NCBI RefSeq assembly: GCF_006345805.1 | Contig: NC_042997.1 | Coordinates: 13,454,001-13,518,000 of the forward strand | DNA from: Octopus sinensis | Lineage: Eukaryota | DNA: 64,000 bases | Direction of reading: 5' to 3' | Shown here: piece after piece, positions 38,832-51,019 of the stretch | Numbering within the stretch: position 1 is the stretch's first letter | How the letters are laid out: each line of letters opens with the position of its first letter | Made by a program: the position numbers and the translations under genes | The notes under the pieces: model-generated | Told to the model about the DNA's origin: nothing | Seen by the model: the letters and a program-made list of their open reading frames with translations, nothing else | The model's database searches: none

Positions 38832-39351
38832 CCGTAAATCCTCGAGTATAGTCCGCCCTTGAGTATAATACGAAGGGGATTTTTAGGGGCTGTACCTCTG
38901 AAAAACCTAAACCTTGTGTATAATACGCACCCCCTTCTCCAACTTGAGTCAAGGAGCTCTATATAACGTCATTGGTTTGTAAAACTGCATACGGTAACGT
39001 ACTTTATAATTATCGTATATATAACATAATGCAAACGTGTAGCTTTTTTGTGCATTTTGTTTGCAGAAAATAAGTTATAACAGTAATAAAAGTAATAGCG
39101 TTTAATAAATGTTGCTTATTGCAAGTTATGGATGATTCTTTTATGACTTCATTGCTTTCAGGCTTACCTTATGGTATTTTCGCGCCCGACATCATAAAAT
39201 GCGTCTGAATAAATATTGCCGGGCAGCAAATAGAGTTTCGGGCATTGCTTAGGAAATAATTTTCATTTTTAACCTCGTATATACTACGCACTAGGGATTT
39301 TGACCTTTAAATTTTGGGGAAAAAATGCGAATTATACTCGAGGATTTACGG
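38832..39351. mobile_element. Tc2/pogo-like MITE, 520 bp, inserted in (TAGA)n
   Basis: Perfect 19-bp TIR CCGTAAATCCTCGAGTATA with TA TSD. Confidence 0.9.
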
Positions 39352-39449
<98 letters not shown>

Positions 39450-39728
39450 TACAAATAGTAGCAATTTGCGTACAAATAAATGTACAACTGCTCCTCCACG
39501 TAGACTGTCATGATGGAAGTCTGCTTTCAGTATATTTGTTAAATATACCAAAAAGTATTTCCAGTTATGGGCTACAGAGCAAATGTGAGGCAAAGATAAA
39601 CGCAAGTTTATATTATAGGCCATCTATATTCACTTGAACACACACACATCTATAGACACATAGGAACACACATATTTATACATATATATATGCATACGCA
39701 CGTGCATATATATATATATATATATATA

Positions 39729-40160
39729 AGCGCAGGAGTGGTTGTGTGGTAAGTAACTTGCTTACCAGCCACATGGTTCCGGGTTCAGTCCCACTGCGTG
39801 GCACCTTGGGCAAATGTCTTCTACTACAGCCTCGAGCAGACCAAAGCCTTGTGAGTGGATTTGGTAGACGGAAACTGAAAGAAGCCTGTCGTATATATGT
39901 ATGTATATATATATATATATAAATATATATATATGTGTACGTGTGTGCATATGTTTGTGCGTCTGTGTTTGTCCCCCAACATCGCTTGAAAACCGATGTT
40001 GGTGATTTGGCGTCCTCGTAACTTAGCGGTTCGACCAAAAGAGGCCGATAGAATATGTACTAGGCTTGCAAAGAATAAGTCCTGGGGTTGATGTGCTTGA
40101 CCAAAGGCAGTGCTCCAGCATGGCCGCAGTCAAATGACTGAAACAAGTAAAAGAGTAAGA

Positions 40161-40162
<2 letters not shown>
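39729..40162 (+). mobile_element. SINE family A, full length
   Basis: Same structure as 14674-15091. Confidence 0.9.
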
Positions 40163-40190
<28 letters not shown>

Positions 40191-40194
<4 letters not shown>

Positions 40195-40733
40195 CAGTCC
40201 TCCCGTGAAATACAGCTTTGTGCAGCTCCCGGTGAACATTTTTTTGTGGAAACTAGGTTCTCGATGTTGTCATTAAGCTCTGTAGTAATTGTAGGAGCTA
40301 TACTTTTGTGATCCTTTCTAACAATTCGCGTAAGTGTTCGACAGTCCCTATCTGAAAGTTTTGGCTTTTTCCCGGAGTTTTGTTTCGGCGAGGAGGTTTT
40401 TCCCTCTTTCTTAAAGGCTGCCATTACTTTCGAAACAGTACTTCCTGATACAGCAAACATTTCGGCTGTTTTCGTTACGCTAGCGTCTGCCATACGAGCA
40501 CCAACAAGTTCACCTCTTTGAAAGTCTATTAGATCCGTCATTTTAATGAATTTTAATTACCTTTTGCTGGTGATATCTGAAAAGAAAAACAGCAACTTTA
40601 GCAAAACACGTTAGGCAACACTAATATTAAATCATAAAAACATAAAAATAAACAAGCTTTTGACGGTTTCATAGATATTGCAAAATCACGATGCTATGAT
40701 GCTAGGTGTTTCCATTATTTTGTCCAACCCTGG
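40191..40733 (-). mobile_element. Tc1-like transposon, 5' portion
   Basis: TIR CAGGGTTGGACAAAATAATGGAAACACC. ORF MTDLIDFQRGELVGAR..VSKV..SGKKPKLSDRD (paired HTH, GRPR-like). Truncated at (TA)n. Confidence 0.9.
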
Positions 40734-41129
40734 TATAGCTAAGTTAAAATATACTGTTGCGTTTCGGTGATTTTATTTGTGACCGAGCATTTGTGCGATT
40801 GATTTTGATCAAATTACTGTTTTCGTGAGCAAGTTTAGCTAAGTCACTGGTCCTGATTGTCTGCCTATTTTTGGAACATTGTAATGTGTAATGAGAACAT
40901 CTGATACCCTTTATTATAGTCAATACAAAAAAAAATACACCGAATAATAATCGAAATACGTACGCCAGCAGTTCTCTTGGATTAGCATACCTAAGTCCTT
41001 AAGCAACATATGGAAAAAATGATGGAATCGTAAACAGAATTCAATACACTAAGATGATGCGTGATAAGTCCTAGCCACTGTTAGAAAATCGATAGTGTAA
41101 AAGTATTGTAACAAGATATTCTATTGTTG

Positions 41130-41330
41130 CACGAGAATAGCTGTCACCACATTGATGAAACTTTCAGGCGTCGATGTTTCGGGGTATGAAACACTTTGCT
41201 ACACACATTGCACACACATCTTCAAACTTTTGCGCTTTGAATAAGCATTTGTATGGACACATCAAAATATTCTGAAGGGCGGTTGTTTTGCTAGTGACTA
41301 AAACTTAAATAGAATACTTGAATAGTTTTC
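41130..41330 (+). mobile_element. Highly decayed mariner C-terminal relic
   Basis: FGYETL, HLYGHIK and LKGGCFASD are a weak match to the mariner C-terminus. Confidence 0.35.
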
Positions 41331-42021
41331 TATGAACTGTGAATACAAAAACATAAATAAAAATTAAAAATATATATATATAGAAATTCCGTCTTCGAAC
41401 GAATGAAAACATGGTTAGCAAAACATTGGATGAAGCATGTCGTAACAAAGACAGGCATTTAACAGTTACTAGATGCTTGCTTTTAGTGCAGTTGCTGATG
41501 GGTTTTCAACAAATACGTGATAGAAAAAAGCAATTTTTTTTTTTGGCAAACATTTATTGAATAGTAAAAGATAGAAATTAGTTTCATTTCAACCACATGA
41601 TGTGGTTGATAATTGATATGTGCACACAACTCGGAAATTCTAGGATAGTAACATCTTATAAGGTTAGTCATTGGAAAAATACTGTAGAGGTTTTACGTGT
41701 TTAAATAAGTCGTCATTGAAAGAACGATTTTACAGTAGTATAATGACAAACTAGAGTGAAAACAAACATTAACATGTACACGCAGGCGCGCACCCACACC
41801 CACACACACAAACACATACACATACTCATACACGCGTGGAGAGAGAAAGAAACAGGGGCAGGGAATAGAATTCCTACTCTCTCTTTTGATATATATGGGC
41901 ACATGTATGTGTGTATGTATGTATGTATGTATGTATGTACGTGTGTATGCTTGCAGGCATGTATGTATATGTGTGTGTGGACGTGCGTATGTATGTATGC
42001 ATGCATGTATATATCATCACC

Positions 42022-42295
42022 ATCACGTGACCGACCAGTCCATCAGATGTAGTTACATATCGCTGGTCACAATGCGTTCGCATTGCTTTAGTCTTCGAAT
42101 AACGCCACCCCGCTGGCTAAGCGAGCAGGCCAACAGAAGAAAGAGTGGGAGAAAGATTGGTGAAAGAGTACAGCAGGGATCACCACTTTTAGGTGTTTTC
42201 GCTCAATAAACACTCACAACGCCCGGTCTGGGAATCGAAACCGCGATCCTACGGCCGCGAGTCCGCTGCCCTAACCACAAGGCCATTGCGCCTCC
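42022..42295 (-). mobile_element. SINE family B1
   Basis: Head as at 52303 and tail as at 390-691, with a small internal deletion. Confidence 0.85.
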
Positions 42296-42517
42296 ATGCA
42301 TGTATATATATATGTATGTATCTATGTATATATGCAGGCATGCACGTTTTATATATGAATGTTAAGTCATAGCTGAGACGCTGACAGGTGATATTAATTC
42401 CGCTGAGAGCAAACCTCGGATCGACAGGGGCTAAGAGATGGTTACACATTCCTCAAATCACTGAAAATCCCAAACCAGAGCCTACTAGATGCAGTTGTAT
42501 ATCATAATCAGGTTGTA

Positions 42518-43438
42518 TCAGGTCATCCCATAAGTTCTGTCCGATTTTACCTTTTTTAAAACTTGAATGAAATTCAATAGTATTTTAGAATGCTGATTGG
42601 AATTAAAAAAATATTTTTATGCATTTGTGTACATTTAAACTAATTAAATATTATTTTACAGAATAATAGAATCCTTTCTTACATGGAAGTATCCAAAGAG
42701 CATTTGAGGCACATAATGCTTTATGAGAACAAAAAAGGAAACTCTACAGCCGAAGCGACTCCAAACATACACTCAGTTTGTGGGAGAGAATGCTTGAATG
42801 AAAGAAATTGCAGAAGATGGTTTGCAAAATTCAGAAGTGGAGATTTCAGCCTTGCAGATGAAGATCGATCAGGACGTCAATTTGAGTTTGATGATAAGCT
42901 CCTTGAGGCATTACTTGGAGAAAATCCTGCATTATCAGTCGAAGGATAGGCAATAAAGCTTAGTTCAAACCATACAACAATTCATCGTCGTCTTCTTAGA
43001 AAGATTCCTAAACTTGGAAAATGGGTGCCTCATGAATTGTCCGAAAGCAACCGCGAATCCCAAATTGACATCTGCTCTACTCTCCATTCCCGCGAACTCA
43101 TTTCACCTTTTTTGGATAGACTTGTGACTGGTGACAATTCCTCATCCATCTTATTCTGCCGATCTTGCTCCTTCAGACTACCAGTTGTTTCGTAGTTTAC
43201 AGAATCCTTTGGGGGACATAACTTTCGCAAGCCAGGAGGAGGTCGAAACTGACATTTCAGAGTTCTTTACTTTAAAACCAAAAGTGTTTTACATTGATTT
43301 AAAAGCTTGTAAATAGATGGAAGGAAATCAAGGATTATCAGGGAAAGTACATTGATGATTAAATTTCAATTAAATATAACACTTGAACACTTGTTTTCTT
43401 CATTCAAAATTCGGAAAGAAGTTATGGAATAACCTGCT
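42518..43438 (+). mobile_element. Internally deleted mariner, same family as 32768-34037
   Basis: Same TIR. MEVSKEHLRHIMLYE..WVPHEL..LVTGD joined directly to PHPSYSADLAPSD. Confidence 0.95.
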
Positions 43439-44389
43439 ATATAAAGGAACCGTCGCAATTAAACATGTGAAATGACTATTAAAAAAATGATGACAATACG
43501 TCTGAGCACGGGTAGGCAGAAATACCCTTGGTTCGTCTCTGGGAGCACAGTAAAACGACCTGGTATGAAGGACCCCTGGCTTTTCTTGGTCAATATTTTG
43601 AGAGGAAGGCTAAGGTAACATAATTGACACCAATATTTCACTGGTACTTTGTTTTATAAACCTGGGTATGACTGTAAGCTGCATGTACAGAAAGAGTTAT
43701 GCCGATAGAAGAGGGAAACGTGTACAGACCTGAGCAGTTGGAAGTGCACAACTTCCGTTAGTCCCCTATACCTCAAACAATGCAGACTGAATAATCATCT
43801 GGGAGGTCATGGACGGAAAGTCAGAAATCCTACTGACAAGAGGAAGCACATAAAGACGGCAATCATATGTAAAGATAGAGCAAACACTAAATATGTGTGA
43901 TTGTATGCTGATATGCATGCATACATGTACACGCATATAGTTTCCATGCACGCATATACATATATGTGAGCATATATACTCACATTAGCCATGCATGGAT
44001 ATTATTGACTTGTGCATCTAATTACATGCCAAACTTCTTGAACATTTTTTTCCTATTTTGAGAGTACCTTTGATAGCTCGTTGCTGTAATCACTTGATCA
44101 GCCTTGTTCTTTTGTGAAACCCTGCTTTTCAACGTTTTAGTCACGTAAGACGATTATTCACGTAATCGAGAGTTCCAATAATTACAGTTAGAAAATGAAA
44201 GCTATATTCCGGATGGAGTAACTGAATATTACTCATCAGTTGTGGATAGATTTATTTATCTTTACATTAATCTATAACGTTATGTTGACATTTGTTGAGC
44301 ATCTGATTTCTGCTATGCATAATTTCTTTCTTTGAGTGAACTTATATACGCGATTATATTAAAATCTACCTCGAGTAGTTACGTTTAAT

Positions 44390-45050
44390 AAAAAGTAACT
44401 TATTTATTTAAGTTTTAACCTCATCTCCTTCGAAATAGTCACTTTATGCAGCAATACACCGGTCCCAGCGTTCCTGCAACTTTTGGAACCCAGCCTGGAA
44501 GTCGTTTTCCGTAAGCGAATCGAGGACCGACCTTCTGCTATTCGTTCTGGATCTCCACAACGGTGTCAAAACGGCTACCATGGGGCTGCTTTTCCGTCTT
44601 GGTGAATAGAGGAAAAGCTGACGAATAGGGCGGGTGACGAAATGGTACCATGTTTTTTTGTTTTTTTTTTTTGAGAGAGAAATTCACGAGTGAGGAGAAC
44701 TCATTGACAGGGTGCATTGTCGTCGTAAAGAATACAGATCTTTGCGCTCCACAGGTCCGGTCACTTTTCCTCAAATGCTTAAGAATGTTTTGTTTGTCCT
44801 TCGACGACCCTTATGCACATTTCCGGGGGTGACGCTCGTGGCAGGTGTTCCAGTTCGCTCATCATCTTCGAGGGACGTTCTTTTGAAGCGCCGTGAAGCT
44901 TATAAGGCCTTGAAGATTTTGAGCGCCCGTGCCACTCGAAACATTGCGTTCGATCCACTACTTCGTCGTCGTAAGCTTGCCGAAGCATACCCAATGACTG
45001 CGTAGCAGTCTTCCCAAATTCAACCTAAAATTTCACGTTGGCTCTTTGTT
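44390..45050 (-). mobile_element. Decayed mariner, different subfamily, internally deleted
   Basis: MLRQAYDDEVVDRTQCFEWH, HPPYS, FQKLQERWDRCI..DYFEGD. Confidence 0.85.
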
Positions 45051-45491
45051 ACAACTTACTATTCATGACAAAATTCGCAACCAACGTATCCTTTTTATTT
45101 GTTCTCTACTTATTATTTCTTTAACCATTCTCTTTCTAGTATCAGCCTTTGACATCGAATCTACTAACGGGTTTTTAAAATACTTAATAACGTTCTGTTT
45201 ATCATTTATGCAGCCATCGCAATTGTTATAATGTCTTGTTGTTGTTCTCATTCTTTCCTGATGAGAAGATTGCATTTTATACCAATAATGTCGAAAGTAA
45301 AAGAATTTTAATAACATCTGCGTTCAGCTCCATTTATTTACTTATACTACACAAATTATTGCACATTAACCCGGAGTTTCTACTTTTGAATAGGTCGCTT
45401 CATTCGTGTTACTTGCGTGAATTTTGCTACCCTGGTAACTGTTTATTGAATTGTCCATGTTAACGGTTAACAAAGGATAATTCATTCATCC

Positions 45492-45551
<60 letters not shown>

Positions 45552-45776
45552 ATAAGATCGTTAATTTGAATATCGATCTTATCAAGTGGCCAGCATGGGA
45601 ATAAAAACCTTCAAAGGTAATAATTATTATTAAAATTATAATTTAGGGTATCTAAGAGATACCTCCACGCTGGAAATAGCAGCCCAAAACTTGACTCTAA
45701 AACCACATTAAATGTTCATACTGCACCAGGGGAGAAGACAAATGGACAAAATAAGCTAGCAAAAAATTACTGGATA

Positions 45777-45834
45777 ATTCCAGATCCCGGATTTCTGATT
45801 ATGCATAAGAAATGCTTTGCCTCATCAGTGGAAT
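45777..45834 (-). ncRNA. Type I hammerhead ribozyme-like motif
   Basis: AUUCCA CUGAUGA (ggcaaaGCAUuucuuAUGCauaauca) GAAA UCCgGGA UC UGGAAU. Perfect 6-bp stem I, consensus core, near-palindromic stem III; base of stem II is eroded. Confidence 0.75.
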
Positions 45835-46295
45835 ATACGCAGATAGTAACATAAATACACATATATATATACATATGACTAAGCGAGATAGATATGATAA
45901 AGTCTTAAAGTTAATGTAAGAGATTATTAATTTTATATATATGAATTTGAAATTTGATTATCTAATATATTCTTCATGCATAACATTGGCAATAATCTGT
46001 TATTTAATATGTTTTGACAGTTGGTACAACGTGTATAGTGAAAATATGTATCTCAGTGTTGCTGGTATGTGTTTGGGAGTTACAATTATATCCCCTTATA
46101 TAACCTGTATTATACTCTGCGGATTTCGAAATATACTTTATAAACGTTAACTAACGATTTATAAACGATTCATAACGAGTCATAACGATTCCTTTTCGTA
46201 AGACCTTCATAACTATATATTCATGCATAGTTTTAAATTGTTACTTCTTTTTTACATGGAAAATAACTGACATTTTTTTCGTCTGAAGGAACTTG

Positions 46296-46674
46296 TTACC
46301 TTTGCCTTAGCGTAGGCGGAGGTATTGTTTATCAGTGGTGTTTGTTTGTTTGTCTGTGAACAAGATATCTCAAGAACCGCGAGATGGATTCGAATGAAAC
46401 TTTCAGGGATGTTTGGCCTTGTGACTGGCTCGAACTGATTAGATTTTGCGATCAATCAGGTAACGGACAAGAACTTTAGATTATATTTCCTGTTATTTGT
46501 TTGTTTGTTTTTTTTGTTTGTTTGTTTTTTACTCAAGTGTTGATAGCGGTCGGGTTCATTTTTAGTATTCTCGCTTGTGAGAGCAGTCGAGTTTATTTCA
46601 GATATTCTCATTTTCAAAAATCATCTCCGACTAATCGTTGAGAGGACATTGGTGTTGCCTTGCGTGCTCTTGTT
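46296..46674 (+). mobile_element. HINE/DINE-1-like element, second copy
   Basis: Reverse complement of 36717-37085; 3' subterminal repeat partly deleted. Confidence 0.7.
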
Positions 46675-47641
46675 TTATTTACTTTGCTTTTATGATACTT
46701 TCCAGCATTAATTTGTTTCTTTTTGTTTTACGAAACTAATTGCTGCTATTTGTAAATTCGACCTATGCTGCTGAAATATGTATTTTCCCAATGTTTTGGC
46801 ATTTGGCGATACTGCCACAACTAACTTTAATAGATAGCTAGCTGCAAGATCTTAATCGAAATTTGTAAATCTATACCTTCCGTTTGCAATTTATTGAGTT
46901 CTGCATTGAATTGGGATTCTATTGATCGTTTCATGAAGGCTACCACAAACCCACACACATACTTATGTACGCATGCTTGCATGTATGGATAGATAGATAA
47001 ATAGATAGATATATCGATAGATAGATAGATTTCTTTATTAGCCACGCAGTAGATAGATAGGTAGATAGATGTGATTAAGTATGAGAGAAAAGAAGCGAAG
47101 GACAAAAGGTGAGGGGGAGAGGTAAATAATTAGGGATAGGTAAGTAAGCAGAAATCATTTTCTTATTCGGTTTCAAATGTAATTGTGACTATTATGCACC
47201 ATTTCTGATATTACAGGTGAGACTAGTTTGTACAGCACAGTCTTTAAAATTTTACTTTCAAACAGCATATGCCCACTACTTCCAAAGTTATTCCATGTAC
47301 AAAATTAAACAGAAACAAGCTCCCCCCCCTCCACACACACACATACATACACACATCTACATTAATACGTAAGTTCAGAGGTTAACAAATCTCTTTGATG
47401 ATTTTGGTCTCCTCTGAACATCATACGAAAGAACCTGAGACTAAATGTAAGAAATAGTTTTATAAATTACAAGGCATTAATAACTTAAATATTTAGCTGT
47501 AAAATATCTATTAATTTATTTGGCAAGTGTATGCACTTATTCCTATTAGCAAGGCAGCTTATGTGTGTGTGTGTGTATACATACATATATACGTAAATAT
47601 ATATACATGCGTGCATATATATCTATGAGTATATACACACG

Positions 47642-47724
<83 letters not shown>

Positions 47725-48109
47725 TTATATATATATATTCGTGCTAGAGACACCAGTACGTATTATATATGTAACATACGTCATATATTTCTATGTGTGT
47801 GAATGTGTACGTGCCTTTCTCTCTCTTCCTCTTTCTCTCTCTCTCTCTCTCTCTCTCTGCACTAACTCATTTATTTGAATATCAGGAGAATAAATGTAAA
47901 TGCTTAATGACTGAAAGTTGTAAAACACAGCCTGCGTAATATTCTAGATTATGAACGTGTTATGTGAAATACCTGGGGAGAAACTCTTCAAGTGTGTGAG
48001 ATGAGAAAGCTTGTGTATGTGCATTTCAATTGATGTGTGATACGAGCACACACATCTAATCGTCTCCACATATATATAGGAATATCGGCTCCCCTCTACA
48101 ACTCCCTCT

Positions 48110-48233
48110 TTTTACTATATACATATATATGTGTGTCTGTGTATGCACATGTGTATATATATATATATATATATATATGTCTACATATATCAATGTGTGC
48201 AAATATGCATATATGTATGAATATGTGTATATA

Positions 48234-48280
<47 letters not shown>

Positions 48281-48417
48281 TGTATATATATATATGTATA
48301 TATGTATATATATATATATGTGTATGTATGTATATATATATGTATATATGTGTGTGTATGTATGTACTTATATATATATATGTATGTATATATACATATA
48401 TATATGTATGCATGATG

Positions 48418-48449
<32 letters not shown>

Positions 48450-48530
48450 ATATATATATGTATGTATGTATATATGTATATGCATGTATGAATCTATGGA
48501 TGTATGTGGCTGTGTATATATATATTATAT
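48110..48530. repeat. Degenerate (TA)/(TG) microsatellite field
   Basis: Seen directly in the sequence. Confidence 0.95.
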
Positions 48531-49558
48531 GTGTAATGTAAGTGACTGGGCAGTCGAAATTATTAGTGAAATCAATGCAACGTGTATACAAGTATGTAGT
48601 AAGCAAGCAAGAACTAGAATCTAGTGAAAACTCGCAGGCAGTATTGTGAAAAAGGTGTAAGATTATTTAATAACGGTTAGTGGCATCGTACACGACAAAT
48701 GCTTTACATTGTTTCGCCCTGCGGCAATGATCACTGGTTGACCTCGTCCGTTAAACTCTAATGGTTGGCTTCTGGTTAGTTTTCTGCTTCAACAAGCTTC
48801 AATAATGACCAGCTATGACCTTCAATATTTTACAGACATTGATGTGCATGTGCATGTTCATGTGGGTGTGTATGAATTGATATGTCAGAGTGTAGAAATG
48901 CGAGTGTGACGTTATATGTGTATGTTAGAAAACGAGTTAATACGCCCATAGTGAAGATCGATCCCTTGCAGGTCATATTGCTAACACTTGATGGATGTTC
49001 TACTGACTAGAGGCGATTTTGCATTATGTAGTAGTAGTCGTAGTTACAATTGTGCTAGTCATCTTCATAGTATTATATTAAGACACAACATTTCTAATTG
49101 GGTTTCGTTTTTGTTTTTACATGAATGATTTCAAGCCCAGGGTGTGCAAAACGATTCTAACTCATTCTCTGTTATCTCTCTTTCTGTATTTACCAACTGT
49201 ATATAATAGCTGATCACTTGACCGTTGCTAGAGCCAAAATAGGAGAGGAAAGCCATCAACCCAATGTCATGATATCAACGTTACTTGAATGTTTAGCTTG
49301 ATCAGTTCCAGGTCAGCATGGGAGCGAAGAAACTTTATAAACAGCTAACAAGCTCACTAAGCACCATGTAAAATTTGTTAACATTTGCCTGACCTCCTAT
49401 CAATCATCGTCATTAATAACATTTTTACTTTACTTCACATTAGCGATTTACATTATATTTCCTAAATAAAAGACTCGCCTTTTCTTTCACTTTTCTTACA
49501 CGTATTAACAACACACTGTCCACTCTGATTACGATATTTTCTTACACAATTTCAGATT

Positions 49559-49605
<47 letters not shown>

Positions 49606-50030
49606 TCATCATCTCCATCACCACCGCCACAACTACAAATAATAATAATTATTATACTGATAATTATATTTTTAAAAATTATAGGCTGGACGGACATAGC
49701 ACTAAAACATTTGCATGTTTTCTCGGCCAAAACAAAATTATGGCTAACGAAATAGCTTTCTGGACTCTGAGCTTATTTATGGTACAAAAAAATCCCATTA
49801 AATCTGGGTTTTTTGAAACTAAGTAATCTAATACAACTCAAAGTGATGCTTTAAATTCAAGAATTACCAAATTAATGAGAATACTTCTATTGTTAAAAAT
49901 TATATTTATGTACCCAATCCCCACAAATATCCCCTTGTGGAAAGATTTATCCGTATGTATCTAAATTCTTTGCAATGTGCGTGTAGTTTTCCCCATTTCT
50001 ATTTAAATGGCTGTTACGCTACTTCGGCTA

Positions 50031-50780
50031 AAGGTAGTGGGTAGCGAACTTCTTCACTACTTCAGGGAGTGACGACCCTGCCTGACACGAGTTCCGGGCT
50101 CAGCTGGCTCCGGCTGACAGTACCCGGTATGGGCCCCTATCCAGGGTTACGGAAAGGAGACAACCTTCAATGAAATCCGGAGTGGAGCCCCGAAGGCAGT
50201 CTAGTGTTCGATTCGACACTCTTCCGGCAGCTCCTGCAACCAAGCTGGTGCCAAACGTAATGCACTGCACTCCACTGGACTACATCAGCAAGGTCGAGAG
50301 AGGAAACCTGACGATTGGGCTACCCAGGACTTTCTTATCTATAGCCCAGACCTGTGCAAAACTGGAGAGGACACTTCAGTGCTGCTGTAAAAAGCTGCAG
50401 AAACAACACGGGAGGTAACAGTTACGAGTGATAAGTCCATTCATATTGGCGTAAAATATGGACGCTACGGGTTACCTCTGCCGGTGGGAGGGACCTCCGT
50501 GTCCTATTGGTTAGCTACTGCCCACCTCAATATGGGCAGCCCCCAGTTAATAAGGTGCTGACTCGCCACAAGCCGCCTGTTCCATTGGGTGCTTGGAGCT
50601 AAGAGTACGACTCGAAAAGCGGCCTGCAACCTCTGCACCAGGCAAGCAACTAAAATTCAAGAAAACACCAGTTCTGCAGTAAATGTAACGGGAAATAAAA
50701 TATAACAGCCGGACTAGACCTAGGAAAAAAAAAAAAAAATGCGCAACTCCATTGTCTCCCGAGACAGAAAGGATGCCAAA
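50031..50780 (+). mobile_element. 750-bp non-autonomous bipartite RTE-like retroposon
   Basis: Exact 15-bp TSD ACGCTACTTCGGCTA at 50016-50030 and 50781-50795. GC-rich body; 3' end GCGCAACTCCATTGTCTCCCGAGACAGAAAGGATGCC resembles RTE termini. Confidence 0.8.
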
Positions 50781-50810
50781 ACGCTACTTCGGCTATATTT
50801 TTCACTTTCA

Positions 50811-50964
50811 CGAAATTCAAAAGTCTGCATTACATGGAACTGCACACATATTGTGTCAGGCACGATCTGTCTGAGGTCCTTGTGACTTGATAAGCAGTAC
50901 AAACCACCGGTAGACACAATGTCTTCAATCAAGAACCTCATGATATTGTATATTATGCGACGGC

Positions 50965-50968
<4 letters not shown>
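50811..50968 (+). mobile_element. R4/Dong-like LINE extreme 3' end
   Basis: EIQKSALHGTAHIL plus a 3' UTR matching 52930-53080; ends in (TAA)n. Confidence 0.85.

Positions 50969-51014
<46 letters not shown>

Positions 51015-51019
<5 letters not shown>

Noticed and set aside
46200-46830. GIY-YIG/Penelope ORF remnant upstream of the 45777 hammerhead
   Set aside because: Only vague peptide resemblance with multiple stops; needs a profile search.
50033-50115. HDV-like ribozyme at the 5' end of the RTE-like element
   Set aside because: A GGTAGTGG/TCACTACT stem and a GAG-TTCCGGG-CTC hairpin exist, but I could not build the nested P1/P2/P3/P1.1 topology.
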